51,960 nt of DNA from an uncultured Bacillota bacterium (GCA_947364595.1 CANATJ010000002.1:1-51960), one strand, 5' to 3'; counted from the stretch's first letter, positions 9,076 through 19,234 are shown. The notes: a model not told the origin generated them from the sequence alone. Numbers and translations: made by a program.

Positions 9076-9996
9076 TTAGCCCTTTATAAAAATATTATTA
9101 AGTTCTTTTCTTGGAAGAAGCATATCAACTCCATCAGTCATCTTAATCTCAAATTCTAAACCCTTATCCTTAAGTTTTTCACCATCTATGCACCACTTTT
9201 TATGAGGCTCTTCTCTTAATTTTATCTTTAATTTATCCGTTCTAAAAAAATAAAAACCAGGTACCTTAGTAATATCACTCATCTTAACATAATACAAACT
9301 TTTAATAATATCCTTTTTCGTCGTAATATTTGAAAGTAAAACTTCAAATTTTCCATCATTTAGTTTTACATCTTGAAAAAAATCAATTCCTCCCATACGA
9401 CTAGCATTACAAATTAAAGCAAGCGAATAAAGACCATTATATGTTTCACCATCAACTTCATAGGTCATTTCAAACAAATGTGTTTTACGATTAAATGATT
9501 TAAGTGCATTTAGTAAATAAGCAAAATATCCCAAATTTTTCTTTAAATTTCTTGGAGTATCATAAGCAACATCAGTAAACTTACCAAGTCCCGCCACATA
9601 AACAAATGGTGTATCATTAATCATACATATATCCATTTTTTTAACAGTTCCATCTAAAATCATTCTTAAATTAGCTACTGGGTTTTTACCCATTCCAAAC
9701 ATTGCTCCTAGATCATTAGCTGTTCCAAGTGGGATATGTGAAAGAATCAATTTTTTACTTCTTTTTAAATTACCAGTAACAATTTCATTAAAAGTTCCAT
9801 CTCCACCCAAAGAAACAACTAAATTAACATCATCATCTAAGCTTTCAATTACCTTTTTAGCATGTCCTGAATATTTAGTAAATATTATATTTGCAGTATA
9901 TCCATACTCACTTAAAACCGTTTCAAATTTTTTCGAAATTACCTCTTTATCATTATGACCACTATTTGGATTACATATAATCACGCATTTTTTCAT
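9076..9996 (-). CDS. dagK: diacylglycerol/lipid kinase (DagK/YegS family)
   Basis: Contains NPNSGHN and the GGDGTFNEIV motif. The start is MKKCVIICNP, preceded by RBS ggtgaag. Confidence 0.8.
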   Translation of the reverse strand: MKKCVIICNPNSGHNDKEVISKKFETVLSEYGYTANIIFTKYSGHAKKVIESLDDDVNLVVSLGGDGTFNEIVTGNLKRSKKLILSHIPLGTANDLGAMFGMGKNPVANLRMILDGTVKKMDICMINDTPFVYVAGLGKFTDVAYDTPRNLKKNLGYFAYLLNALKSFNRKTHLFEMTYEVDGETYNGLYSLALICNASRMGGIDFFQDVKLNDGKFEVLLSNITTKKDIIKSLYYVKMSDITKVPGFYFFRTDKLKIKLREEPHKKWCIDGEKLKDKGLEFEIKMTDGVDMLLPRKELNNIFIKG

Positions 9997-10057
9997 TTTC
10001 TTCACCAAATTAATTATATAGCAATTCTCAAAAATATTCAAACTAAAAAAGAAATCA

Positions 10058-11251
10058 CTAAATGATTTCTTCTTTAATATTTGGATTTTGTAAAACTTCT
10101 ATCAACTTATCAATTTCCTCTTTTGAATTATAAAAATATAAACTAATTCTACATGTATTTTTAATTTTTATCTCATCTTTAAGTATTTTAGCACAATGGC
10201 TTCCTGCACGTGTACAAATACCATATTTATCTAAATAAATAGATAAATCTTGTGGAAAAATACCATCATAATTAATTGTTACAATTCCACTTTGACTATT
10301 TTCATTATAAATAATAATATTTGGATTTTCCTTAAGCCTACTTATCAAATATTTTTTAAGTTCTAATTCATAATCATGTATATTATCAAAACCAATATTC
10401 AACAAATATTTAATAACAGCCGCAAAACCAATTACTCCAGCTATATTAGGTGTTCCAGCTTCAAGCAAATCTGGCATCATCTTATAAACTCTTTCACCAT
10501 CATGATTAAAGTCAGCATTCATTCCACCACCAAATATAATTGGTTTAATTTCATTTAATAATTGTTTTTTACCATAAATAACACCAACTCCAGTAGGTCC
10601 ACACATTTTATGAGCTGAAAAAGTTAAAAAATCAACATCTAAATCTTGAACGTCAATTCTTAAATGTGGTATACTTTGCGCGCCATCGACAACCACTAAA
10701 ATATTTTGTTCATGAGCAAGTTTAATAATATCTTTTATCGGTCTTACATCGCCAACAACATTAGTAATATGTGCAATTGAGATAACTTTTGTTTTATCTG
10801 TTATCGCTTTTTTTACATTATCTATAGTCACTTCATGACTATCATTAAGTTCAATATATTTAATATTAAGATCAAGTTCATCAGCTAATTCAAACCAAGG
10901 AAGTAAATTAGAAGCATGCTCACTTTTAGTTAATAAAACCTCATCGCCTTTTTTTAAATGATATCTAAAATAACCAAAAATTATTTTATTAAGAGAATCT
11001 GTAGTTCCACTAGTAAAAGCAATTTCATCGCTTTCTGAAGCATTAATCAAATCTTTTACTAAACTTCTTGTTTCTTCATATTTTTCGCTTGCTTTTAAAC
11101 TCATCGCATAATCTCCTCTATGCGCATTAGAACTATAATTATTATAATAATCACTAACAGTCTCAGCTAAAACTTTAGGTTTTAAAGTAGTAGCCCCATT
11201 ATCAAAATATATAATACCCGTATTTAAAATACCAAAATCTTCTCTATGCAT
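10058..11251 (-). CDS. sufS: cysteine desulfurase SufS (class V aminotransferase)
   Basis: Contains the FSAHKMCGPTGVG PLP-lysine motif and the C-terminal RAGSHCA active-site Cys. It lies downstream of sufC and sufD. Confidence 0.85.
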   Translation of the reverse strand: MHREDFGILNTGIIYFDNGATTLKPKVLAETVSDYYNNYSSNAHRGDYAMSLKASEKYEETRSLVKDLINASESDEIAFTSGTTDSLNKIIFGYFRYHLKKGDEVLLTKSEHASNLLPWFELADELDLNIKYIELNDSHEVTIDNVKKAITDKTKVISIAHITNVVGDVRPIKDIIKLAHEQNILVVVDGAQSIPHLRIDVQDLDVDFLTFSAHKMCGPTGVGVIYGKKQLLNEIKPIIFGGGMNADFNHDGERVYKMMPDLLEAGTPNIAGVIGFAAVIKYLLNIGFDNIHDYELELKKYLISRLKENPNIIIYNENSQSGIVTINYDGIFPQDLSIYLDKYGICTRAGSHCAKILKDEIKIKNTCRISLYFYNSKEEIDKLIEVLQNPNIKEEII

Positions 11252-11255
11252 TTTA

Positions 11256-12050
11256 TCACCTCCAATATTTACTAATAATTTTCTTTAAATCTTCAGCATA
11301 ATAATTTATGTTTTTTAAAAGAAATCCCTTTAAAAGTAAACTTTCTGCTTCTTTTTTTTCAATTCCCCTACTCATTAAATAAAATATATCATCAAAAGAA
11401 AATGTTCCAATAAGTGCACTATGATTAGCAACAACATCATTTTCATCAATAAATAAATTCGGTTTAATCATGCATGTATTATTGGTTAAATTAATAATTC
11501 TATTGTTTTGACTAATATCACAGCCAATAGTTCCTTTAGTAACAAAACTAGACACATTAAATTCAAGCTGCCCATTTAAAATATTTACTCCATTATTTAT
11601 TATGTTACTAACTGTTTTTTTAGCATTATGATAAACCAAAAAATTATACTTTTCAAAATCTTTACTAATTGTTTTTAGGTTATAATTTATCTTAGCATTC
11701 TCTCCATTTAAATTTATAATAGACATTTCCTTATTAGTTTTAACATCAAAAACCTTTTCTACATTTAAAACACTATCTTTTTCCAAATAATATTTATATT
11801 GAAATTTATAATCACCATCTGTTTTAAGTTCATATATATTCGCATGTACACCCTCTAAAACATTAATATAAATATCATATTTGATATCCTCTTCATTTAA
11901 ACAATGAACAACCAAATCCGTATCTTTTAAAATTTTTACTCTTATTTCGTAAACATTTAAAAATTTATTTTCTTTATTAAGACTAATAGATAAACAATCA
12001 TCCTTTTCATCAATCTTAAAATCTTTACCAATAACTATTTTATTCATCAT
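11256..12050 (-). CDS. sufD: short SufD/SufB-family Fe-S assembly protein
   Basis: It sits between sufC and sufS, and its C-terminal ...FYLMSRGI..EA..LL..GF motif is typical of SufB/D. At only about 264 aa, it retains just the beta-helix core. Confidence 0.65.
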   Translation of the reverse strand: MMNKIVIGKDFKIDEKDDCLSISLNKENKFLNVYEIRVKILKDTDLVVHCLNEEDIKYDIYINVLEGVHANIYELKTDGDYKFQYKYYLEKDSVLNVEKVFDVKTNKEMSIINLNGENAKINYNLKTISKDFEKYNFLVYHNAKKTVSNIINNGVNILNGQLEFNVSSFVTKGTIGCDISQNNRIINLTNNTCMIKPNLFIDENDVVANHSALIGTFSFDDIFYLMSRGIEKKEAESLLLKGFLLKNINYYAEDLKKIISKYWR

Positions 12051-12789
12051 TACCATCCTTAAGATTATCATAACCTGTTTTTTCAATTTCTAAAGCTAAA
12101 GATTTATCTCCACTTTTAACAATTTTACCACCATTCATAATGTGAATATAATCAGGAGTAATATAATCAAGTAATCTTTGATAATGAGTTACTAATAAAA
12201 TTGCTGGCTTAGTTTCATTAAAATATTCCATAACACTTTCGCCAACCAAACGTAAGCTGTCAACATCAAGTCCAGAATCAATTTCATCTAATAAAACAAC
12301 ATCTGGTTTTAAAACATTCATTTGTAAAATCTCATTTTTCTTTCTTTCTCCACCAGAAAAACCATCATTAACACTTCTATGTATCATTTCTGGATCCATA
12401 TGTAACTTATCAGTTAATTTATCTAGCTGTTTTATAAAAGAAAGCAACTTAAAATTATCACTGTTTTTAGAACGTAAAGCACTTCTTAAAAAATCTGCAT
12501 TACTAACACCTTCAATTGCCATAGGCATTTGCATACCTAAAAATATACCAAGTCTAGCCCTTTCATCAACTGGCATATCATTAATTAAAGTATCATTAAA
12601 GTAAATTTTACCTTTAACTATTTTATAAGTAGGATCACCCATAATAACTTTAGTTAAAGTAGATTTCCCAGTTCCATTAGGACCCATAATCGCATGAATT
12701 TCTCCAGATTTAATTTCTAAATTAAAATCTTTTAAAATTTCTTTTCCTTCAACAACCACTGTTAAATTTTCTATTTTTAAACTATTCAT
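12040..12789 (-). CDS. sufC: Fe-S cluster assembly ATPase SufC
   Basis: Walker A is GPNGTGKST. It also has FSGGERKK and LLDEIDSGLD. The start was trimmed to MNSLKIENL, 9 nt after gaggtg. Confidence 0.9.
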   Translation of the reverse strand: MNSLKIENLTVVVEGKEILKDFNLEIKSGEIHAIMGPNGTGKSTLTKVIMGDPTYKIVKGKIYFNDTLINDMPVDERARLGIFLGMQMPMAIEGVSNADFLRSALRSKNSDNFKLLSFIKQLDKLTDKLHMDPEMIHRSVNDGFSGGERKKNEILQMNVLKPDVVLLDEIDSGLDVDSLRLVGESVMEYFNETKPAILLVTHYQRLLDYITPDYIHIMNGGKIVKSGDKSLALEIEKTGYDNLKDGNDE

Positions 12790-12880
12790 ATTATTCATCA
12801 CCTCATTATATTTTAACATTTTTTTGATTTTTTTTATATATATTTGAATAAAAACTATAAATTTAACTAATTATATAATA

Positions 12881-12898
12881 GAATATTCGCAGATATTC
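12881..12898. promoter_or_regulatory. inverted repeat GAATAT-N6-ATATTC overlapping the -35 and spacer of the likely suf promoter
   Basis: The minus-strand TATAAT at 12875-12870 has this palindrome 17-18 nt upstream. It is a candidate operator. Confidence 0.25.
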
Positions 12899-12990
12899 AC
12901 AAAAGAAAGAGCAAAAGCTCTTTTTATAATATAATTTCCTAATTAATAATTATCAAATAATGATATAATAATTATTAGGAGGATGATAAT

Positions 12991-13356
12991 ATGGACTGTA
13001 TATTTTGTAAAATAATGGAAGGTGAAATTCCATCATACACTATTTATGAAGATGAATTAGTAAAAGTTTTTTTAGATGTTAACCCAGATGTAAATGGTCA
13101 TGCTTTGATAGTTCCAAAAAAGCACTATAAAGACTTATTTGATATTCCAAATGAAACTTTAATGCATATTTTCGAAATTGCCAGAAAAATGGATCCCTTA
13201 TTTAAAGAAAAATTAAATGCTCAAGGACTAACATTAGTTCAAAACAACGGATTATATCAAGAAGTAAAACACTTTCACTTACATCTAAAACCCCAATATA
13301 AAGAAAAACAAACAATAAAAAGTGTTGAAGAAATATATAATAAATTGACAAAATAA
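12991..13356 (+). CDS. HIT-family nucleotide hydrolase
   Basis: Contains the histidine triad HFHLHLKP, starts MDCIFCKI, and is preceded by RBS aggagg. Confidence 0.85.
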   Translation: MDCIFCKIMEGEIPSYTIYEDELVKVFLDVNPDVNGHALIVPKKHYKDLFDIPNETLMHIFEIARKMDPLFKEKLNAQGLTLVQNNGLYQEVKHFHLHLKPQYKEKQTIKSVEEIYNKLTK

Positions 13357-13449
13357 CCATCAAAAATTTAAATTAATAAATTTATAAACATTTGACATAT
13401 TCATAAGTTTACTTTCCTCATATCATAAACTAGGTAAGGGGGAAAAACA

Positions 13450-13719
13450 ATGTTTGGAAAAAGATTTGGAATGCAAGGATGTTGCCGTATGCAACCAGCA
13501 TGTGGATGCAATGAGCCAATTGTAGAACCAGCTATTAATAATTGTGTAGAAAGAGAATTCTGTCATGAAGTTAAACATGTATGCCCTATTCATACACATG
13601 TAGTTAATAAACACATCTACAATCATACATATACACCACAATATACTTGCTCAGAAGAAAATCAAATTATCAACAACGATCCTGGTTGCTGCAACCAATT
13701 CAATAATAATGGTTTTTAA
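13450..13719 (+). CDS. CotD-like inner spore coat protein (Cys/His-rich)
   Basis: The stretch EPIVEPA...C...CPIHTHVVNKHIYNHTYTPQYT...PGCC parallels B. subtilis CotD (PIVHPTHCC...PHIHPQHTTNVNHQHFQHVHYFPHT...KPCC). It has a strong RBS aaggggg. Confidence 0.65.
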   Translation: MFGKRFGMQGCCRMQPACGCNEPIVEPAINNCVEREFCHEVKHVCPIHTHVVNKHIYNHTYTPQYTCSEENQIINNDPGCCNQFNNNGF

Positions 13720-13733
13720 ACCATTATTTTTTT
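13708..13733 (+). terminator. rho-independent terminator after the cotD-like gene
   Basis: Stem AATGGTTT/AAACCATT followed by ATTTTTTT. Confidence 0.6.
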
Positions 13734-13748
13734 ATTAAAAAATGCCTT

Positions 13749-15056
13749 TTAAAAAGGCATTTTAAAGTTTCCATTTTTCATTTGTTTCATCATAACTTTC
13801 ATTTGATCAAATTGTTTTAAAAGACGATTAACCTCTTCAACACTACGACCACATCCTTTAGCTACTCTACGTTTACGACTAGCCTTAAGTAAATCAGGAT
13901 TTTTTCTTTCCTCTTTAGTCATTGACAAAATTATCGCTTCAATATGAGCCATTTGTTTAGGATCAATACTAACATTATTAAGACCCATTTTTTTAGCTCC
14001 TGGTATCATCTTAAGTAAATTCTCAAGTGGCCCCAACTTCTTAATTTGATTAAGTTGAACTAAAAAGTCTTCTAAATCAAATTTACCCTTTTGCATTTTT
14101 GAAGCTGCTTTTATTGCCTCTTCATCATCAAGCAAACCTTCAGCTTTCTCTATCATTCCCATCAAATCGCCCATATCAAGTATACGATTAGCCATTCTTT
14201 CTGGAGAAAAAGCCTCTAGTCCATCCATTTTTTCACTAACACCTATAAACTTAATTGGAATATTAGTTAAATGTCTAATAGATAATGCCGCTCCACCTTT
14301 TGTATCACCATCAAGTTTAGTCAAAACTGCTCCTGTAAGTGGCAACTTATCATTAAAACCAGTAATAACATTAACCGCATCTTGACCAGTCATACTATCA
14401 ATAACAAGTAATATTTCATTAGGATTAACCACATCATTAATATCTTGAAGTTCTTTCATTAAATCTTCATCAATATGAAGTCTTCCTGCCGTATCGATTA
14501 AAACATAATTATATCCATTTTCCTTAGCATAATCCACAGCATTTTTAGCAATCTGAACTGGATTACCTTTACCCTCACTATAAACTTCAATATTAAGTTC
14601 TTTTCCAAGCTGCTTAAGTTGATCAATTGCCGCTGGCCTATAGACATCACATGCAACCATCAAAGGTTTCAAACCATATTTTTTTCTTAAAAATAATGCA
14701 AGTTTTCCAGTAGTAGTTGTCTTACCACTACCTTGAAGACCTGCCATCATTAAAATAGTCATTGGCTTAACAACAATTAAAGGCTCATCTTCCTTACCAA
14801 GTAAAGAGATAAGTTCATCTTTAACAATTTTAACAAAAACTTCACCTGGTTTTAAACTTTTTTTAACCTCTTCACCTAACGCTTTTTCCTTAACATTGTT
14901 AATAAATTCTTTAACAACCTTATAATTAACATCCGCCTCTAATAAAGCAAGTCTAATCTCACGTGTAACCTCACCAATGTTATCCTCAGTTATCTTACCA
15001 TAACCTTTTATCTTATTTAAAGCAGATTGTAATCTATCTCCTAAACTTTCAAACAT
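13749..15056 (-). CDS. ffh: signal recognition particle protein Ffh
   Basis: Starts MFESLGDRLQ, has the GLQGSGKTTT P-loop and DTAGR, and carries a Met-rich M domain. Confidence 0.95.
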   Translation of the reverse strand: MFESLGDRLQSALNKIKGYGKITEDNIGEVTREIRLALLEADVNYKVVKEFINNVKEKALGEEVKKSLKPGEVFVKIVKDELISLLGKEDEPLIVVKPMTILMMAGLQGSGKTTTTGKLALFLRKKYGLKPLMVACDVYRPAAIDQLKQLGKELNIEVYSEGKGNPVQIAKNAVDYAKENGYNYVLIDTAGRLHIDEDLMKELQDINDVVNPNEILLVIDSMTGQDAVNVITGFNDKLPLTGAVLTKLDGDTKGGAALSIRHLTNIPIKFIGVSEKMDGLEAFSPERMANRILDMGDLMGMIEKAEGLLDDEEAIKAASKMQKGKFDLEDFLVQLNQIKKLGPLENLLKMIPGAKKMGLNNVSIDPKQMAHIEAIILSMTKEERKNPDLLKASRKRRVAKGCGRSVEEVNRLLKQFDQMKVMMKQMKNGNFKMPF

Positions 15057-15104
15057 TTTATCACCATTTCTAATTATACATTAAATTAAATCAAAAAGCT
15101 ATTT

Positions 15105-16142
15105 TTATGATATAAAGCCAAATAATTCTGGAACGTATATTAATAAAAAGGCAATTATAATTATAAAAATCCCACTAATTAAATGCAATTTATTATTTAA
15201 AGAAAATTTATTATTTAATTTTTTTACTATATTAATACCTAAAAATAAAATCAATAAAATACAAGCAAAGAAACTTAATACATATATAACTAAATTTAAA
15301 ACTTTACCCGTAAAACTTACACCTTTAATACATAAGGCTAACTTAAATAAAAATGGATTAGTCATTGAAATTGAAATTAACATCATACCCATAATTATAG
15401 CTAATAAAATATACAAAGGTATCGTAAATTTCAAAAACTTTTTATTAATTATTTGTAAATAACTTTTATCACTTCTCATGAAATAATCTAACATAAGACC
15501 ACCACAAATTATTAAAATAATTGCAATAACAGTTCTAATTATTGTTAAAATATTTAAAGAATAATTAACATCATTAAATATTAAAATGCCATAAAAAACA
15601 CTAAGAGTTAAAGTAAAAATCAAACAAAATTTATTTTTGTTTTTAATAAAAAATGATATTGATAATGCAAAAAATAAAATTAATAAAGTACATGGATTTA
15701 TACTATCCATAATACCCAGTAAAATAGCCGTTAAAGACATATTTGCACTAGAAGCATTAATATTAACGCCATGAAAATTTATCACTTTATTCTTTTTTAT
15801 TTGTGTAGTAACATCCTTTTTAATTGCAAGGCCTATTTTATCACTATATCCAAGAAAATGCTTATCGTTAGTAACAGTATAAGGTACTCCTTGAGAATCA
15901 CTATCTTTTAATTTCAAACGAACATCCGCTAAAAGTTTAGCATTCTCTTTATTATGCCACACCTCATATTTTTTAACCTTTAAATTGTCACCAAATTGTT
16001 TTTCCAACATTTTTAAATATTCAAGTTCATGATGACAATGAGGACACTCATTACCATAAAACAATTCTAAATTAATCTCTTTAGCTGACAAATTCAAAGG
16101 TAACATTAAAAATATAACAATCACAAATAATATTTTTTTCAT
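15105..16142 (-). CDS. thioredoxin-like (CPHC) domain fused to a CcdA/DsbD-type polytopic membrane domain
   Basis: A signal-anchor is followed by ELFYGNECPHCHHE (CxxC). Six or more TM segments follow, the first containing SINPCTL. The start is MKKILFVIV. Confidence 0.65.
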   Translation of the reverse strand: MKKILFVIVIFLMLPLNLSAKEINLELFYGNECPHCHHELEYLKMLEKQFGDNLKVKKYEVWHNKENAKLLADVRLKLKDSDSQGVPYTVTNDKHFLGYSDKIGLAIKKDVTTQIKKNKVINFHGVNINASSANMSLTAILLGIMDSINPCTLLILFFALSISFFIKNKNKFCLIFTLTLSVFYGILIFNDVNYSLNILTIIRTVIAIILIICGGLMLDYFMRSDKSYLQIINKKFLKFTIPLYILLAIIMGMMLISISMTNPFLFKLALCIKGVSFTGKVLNLVIYVLSFFACILLILFLGINIVKKLNNKFSLNNKLHLISGIFIIIIAFLLIYVPELFGFIS

Positions 16143-16146
16143 AATT

Positions 16147-17259
16147 CTACCTACCCATAAGATTTCTATAACTTCTATCAAAAGCTTCCAAAAAGTTTAA
16201 AATTTCTTCCTTAGTAGTTTTCCTAGAAATACTTACCCTAACACTAAAACTAGCACGCTTTTCATCTAAAGTAACCGCCATAACAGCCTTAGAAATTTCA
16301 CCTTTAGCGCATGCACTTTGAGTAGAAATATATACTTCATCTTCTTCTAAACTGTGAAGTAAGGTTTCTGGTTTAATTCCTATAACACTAAAATTCAAAA
16401 TATGAGGAATACTGTTTTCTGTACTATTAATATATACATTTTCATATGATAATAATTTATCTTTTAAAATTTTATTAAATTCCGAAATTCTTTTAATATC
16501 TTCATTCATATGTTCATAAGAAAGTCTAAGTGCTTTGGCCATACTAACAATTAATGGGGCATCTGGCGTTCCACTTCGATAAATAGTCGTACTTTTACCA
16601 CCATGAATTAAAGGAAGTAAATTAACATTTTCCTTCTTAATTAAACAACCAATACCCTTTAATCCAAAAAATTTATGAGCAGAAAAACTAGCAAAATCAA
16701 CATTATCTAAACAAACAGGAATCTTCCCAATCGCTTGCGTTATATCACTATGAAATAAAACCTTTGGATATTTTGATAAAATTTTCCCTATTTTTTCTAT
16801 TGGCTGTCTAATACCAATTTCACTATTTACCATACTTATTGTAACCAAAATAGTTTTATCAGTAATCATTTTTTCTAAAGCTTCTAAATCTACTAAACCA
16901 TTTTTTAATGGAACATAATCAATAACAAAACCTTTAGTTTCTAAATATTTAAGCGGTTCATTTATAGAAGAATGTTCTAATTCAGTTGTAATAATATGAT
17001 TTCCTCTATTTTGATAAATTTCCATACTTTTTAACACTGTATTATTAGACTCACTAGCTCCAGATGTATAAATAATAGACTGTAAAGAAACGCCCAAATA
17101 TTTAGCTATTTGCCTGCCACTAGCTTCAATCAAATGTTTCGCATCTGTTCCTAGCTTGTGCAAAGAATTGGGATTACCAACAAAAGAAGTTGCCTTAACG
17201 AAACTATCAAGGACTTCTTTATCAACAGGTGTTGTCGCACTATAATCTAAATAAGTCAT
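16147..17259 (-). CDS. cysteine desulfurase (NifS/IscS-like class V aminotransferase)
   Basis: Starts MTYLDYSATTP and contains the FSAHKFFGLKGIG PLP-lysine motif and the STQSACA active-site Cys. Confidence 0.85.
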   Translation of the reverse strand: MTYLDYSATTPVDKEVLDSFVKATSFVGNPNSLHKLGTDAKHLIEASGRQIAKYLGVSLQSIIYTSGASESNNTVLKSMEIYQNRGNHIITTELEHSSINEPLKYLETKGFVIDYVPLKNGLVDLEALEKMITDKTILVTISMVNSEIGIRQPIEKIGKILSKYPKVLFHSDITQAIGKIPVCLDNVDFASFSAHKFFGLKGIGCLIKKENVNLLPLIHGGKSTTIYRSGTPDAPLIVSMAKALRLSYEHMNEDIKRISEFNKILKDKLLSYENVYINSTENSIPHILNFSVIGIKPETLLHSLEEDEVYISTQSACAKGEISKAVMAVTLDEKRASFSVRVSISRKTTKEEILNFLEAFDRSYRNLMGR

Positions 17260-17270
17260 AAAAACCTCCT

Positions 17271-19067
17271 TTATTTAATCACATCAAATCCACTACGTTT
17301 AAATAATTTTTCCATATCATAATTAGAATAAAAAATAGTTGTCGGTCTACCATGAGGACAATTAAATGGATTTTTACATTTTCTTAAATCATTTATTAAA
17401 GCTTCCATTTCCTCAAGCGTAATATTCGTATTAGCCTTAATTGCCTTCTTGCAGCTCATTCTCGTTGCTACTTTCTCATTAAATTTCTCAATATCAAAAT
17501 TTTTTTCAGTCGCAATAACAATTTCAATAATTTTCCTAATAGAATCTTCCACAAAATCCTTAGGAAGCCAGGCTGGATGTTCTTTAACAATTACTGAATT
17601 AATACCAAACGGTTCTATCAAAAACTTCATATCTGTTAATATATGCATATTTTCCTTTAAGATAATAAATTCATTATTAGAAAGCTCAATTGTAATTGGA
17701 AAAAGTAATGGTGTACTTACAATATTAGGTTTTCCCATTTCCTCTTTAAATTTTTCATAATTACATCTTTCCTTAGCTGCATGCTGATCAATTATATACA
17801 TACCTTTTTCATTTTGACAAATAATATAAGTTCCGTGTACTAATCCAACCGGGTACATTTGGGGCATAAGTTCTTCTGATTTTTCTTCGTAAATTTCATC
17901 TTCTTTAACTTCATCATAATCTGTTTCATCTTCACTATAAAAATCATTTACCACAATTTCATCTTCTATTTCTGGCTTGAAATTTTCTGAATTTACATTT
18001 TCAAAAGATAAATCATTATTTAAATTTAAAGTAATTTCTTCATATTTTGGCTTTTCTATAGCAACCTCAACCTTTGGAATTAAATTACGATGACTAATAG
18101 ATGAAACAATTAATTCTTTCACCAAATCAAGTAAAGTATCCATTTTACTGAACTTAACATCCATTTTAGTTGGGTGAATATTAACATCGATAACACTAGG
18201 ATCAGTAGTAATAGCTAAAACTGTTATTGGATAACGATTATCAGGCTTATAAGAATGATAAGCATCATTAACTACTCTATTAATTTCTGTATTTCTTACT
18301 ACCCTTCCGTTTACAATAGTAACCATATTGTTTCTACTAGATCTATGAACTTCGGGTAAAGAAATATAACCAGAAATTTCATAATCAGCATTTTCGCCTT
18401 CAATTTTGATCATTTTTCTAGCAACATCACTACCATAAATACTCTTAATAACTTTTAAGACATTGCCAGATCCATCAGTACTAAGTAAAACCCCATCATT
18501 ATTTTTTAAAGTAAATCTAATATCAGGTCTAGATAAAGACAATTTATTTATATAATCAGTTATATTAGCAAGCTCTGTATATAAACTTTTCATATGTTTT
18601 AATCGCGCTGGAGTATTATAAAAAAGCTCACTAACAGTAATAACTGTTCCTTTTCTAGCATCACCTTTTGAAACTTTGCAAATCTTACCACCATTTATAA
18701 CAACATGGGTACCAATATCACCCGCACAAGTTTTTAAATCAATTTTACTAACCGCCGAAATAGATGCTAAAGCTTCACCACGAAATCCTAAAGTTTGTAA
18801 CCTATATAAATCATCCTCATCGTCTATTTTACTAGTTGCATGACGTGAAAAAGCTAAAACCGCATCTGCTTCATCCATTCCTTTACCATTATCAATAACT
18901 TTAATTTCTCTAGTACCTGAATCCTTAAGTTCAACCTTAATTTCTGTACTGCCAGCATCTATACTATTTTCAACCAATTCTTTAACAACAGAAGCACAAC
19001 GTTCAACAACCTCACCTGCTGCTATTTTATTAGCCAAAAGTTCATCCATTACTTTAATTATAGCCAT
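17271..19067 (-). CDS. mutL: DNA mismatch repair protein MutL
   Basis: Starts MAIIKVMDELLANKIAAGEVVERCASVVKELVENSIDAG and has a GHKL ATPase domain. The C-terminal endonuclease motifs are DQHAAKER and CPHGRP. Confidence 0.95.
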   Translation of the reverse strand: MAIIKVMDELLANKIAAGEVVERCASVVKELVENSIDAGSTEIKVELKDSGTREIKVIDNGKGMDEADAVLAFSRHATSKIDDEDDLYRLQTLGFRGEALASISAVSKIDLKTCAGDIGTHVVINGGKICKVSKGDARKGTVITVSELFYNTPARLKHMKSLYTELANITDYINKLSLSRPDIRFTLKNNDGVLLSTDGSGNVLKVIKSIYGSDVARKMIKIEGENADYEISGYISLPEVHRSSRNNMVTIVNGRVVRNTEINRVVNDAYHSYKPDNRYPITVLAITTDPSVIDVNIHPTKMDVKFSKMDTLLDLVKELIVSSISHRNLIPKVEVAIEKPKYEEITLNLNNDLSFENVNSENFKPEIEDEIVVNDFYSEDETDYDEVKEDEIYEEKSEELMPQMYPVGLVHGTYIICQNEKGMYIIDQHAAKERCNYEKFKEEMGKPNIVSTPLLFPITIELSNNEFIILKENMHILTDMKFLIEPFGINSVIVKEHPAWLPKDFVEDSIRKIIEIVIATEKNFDIEKFNEKVATRMSCKKAIKANTNITLEEMEALINDLRKCKNPFNCPHGRPTTIFYSNYDMEKLFKRSGFDVIK

Positions 19068-19158
19068 ATTATCACCTTTAATAATTATACACCAAAATAC
19101 TAAATAAACAAAGCAACCCTCTATTCAAAAAAAGAAAATTAGTATATAATATAAATAT

Positions 19159-19234
19159 GCTGGAGTAGCTCAGTTGGTAGAGCAGCTGTTTCGTAATCAG
19201 CAGGTCGCAGGTTCAAGTCCTGTTTCCAGCACCA
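19159..19234 (+). tRNA. tRNA-Thr (anticodon CGU), with encoded CCA
   Basis: Hand-folded cloverleaf. The acceptor stem is GCTGGAG/TTCCAGC and the D arm is GCTC-AGTTGGTA-GAGC. The anticodon loop is TTCGTAA and the T arm is GCAGG-TTCAAGT-CCTGT. It closely resembles Bacillus tRNA-Thr. Positions 31 and 39 form one U.U mismatch. Confidence 0.85.

Noticed and set aside
13381-13449. CATATCATA (13419-13427) upstream of the cotD-like gene, considered as a sigma-K -10 element
   Set aside because: There is no AC dinucleotide 16-17 nt upstream. A single CATAnnnTA match is too likely by chance in this AT-rich DNA.
13423-13641. 72-aa minus-strand ORF antisense to the cotD-like gene
   Set aside because: The plus-strand frame has a strong RBS and CotD-like Cys/His motifs. 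The antisense frame has neither.
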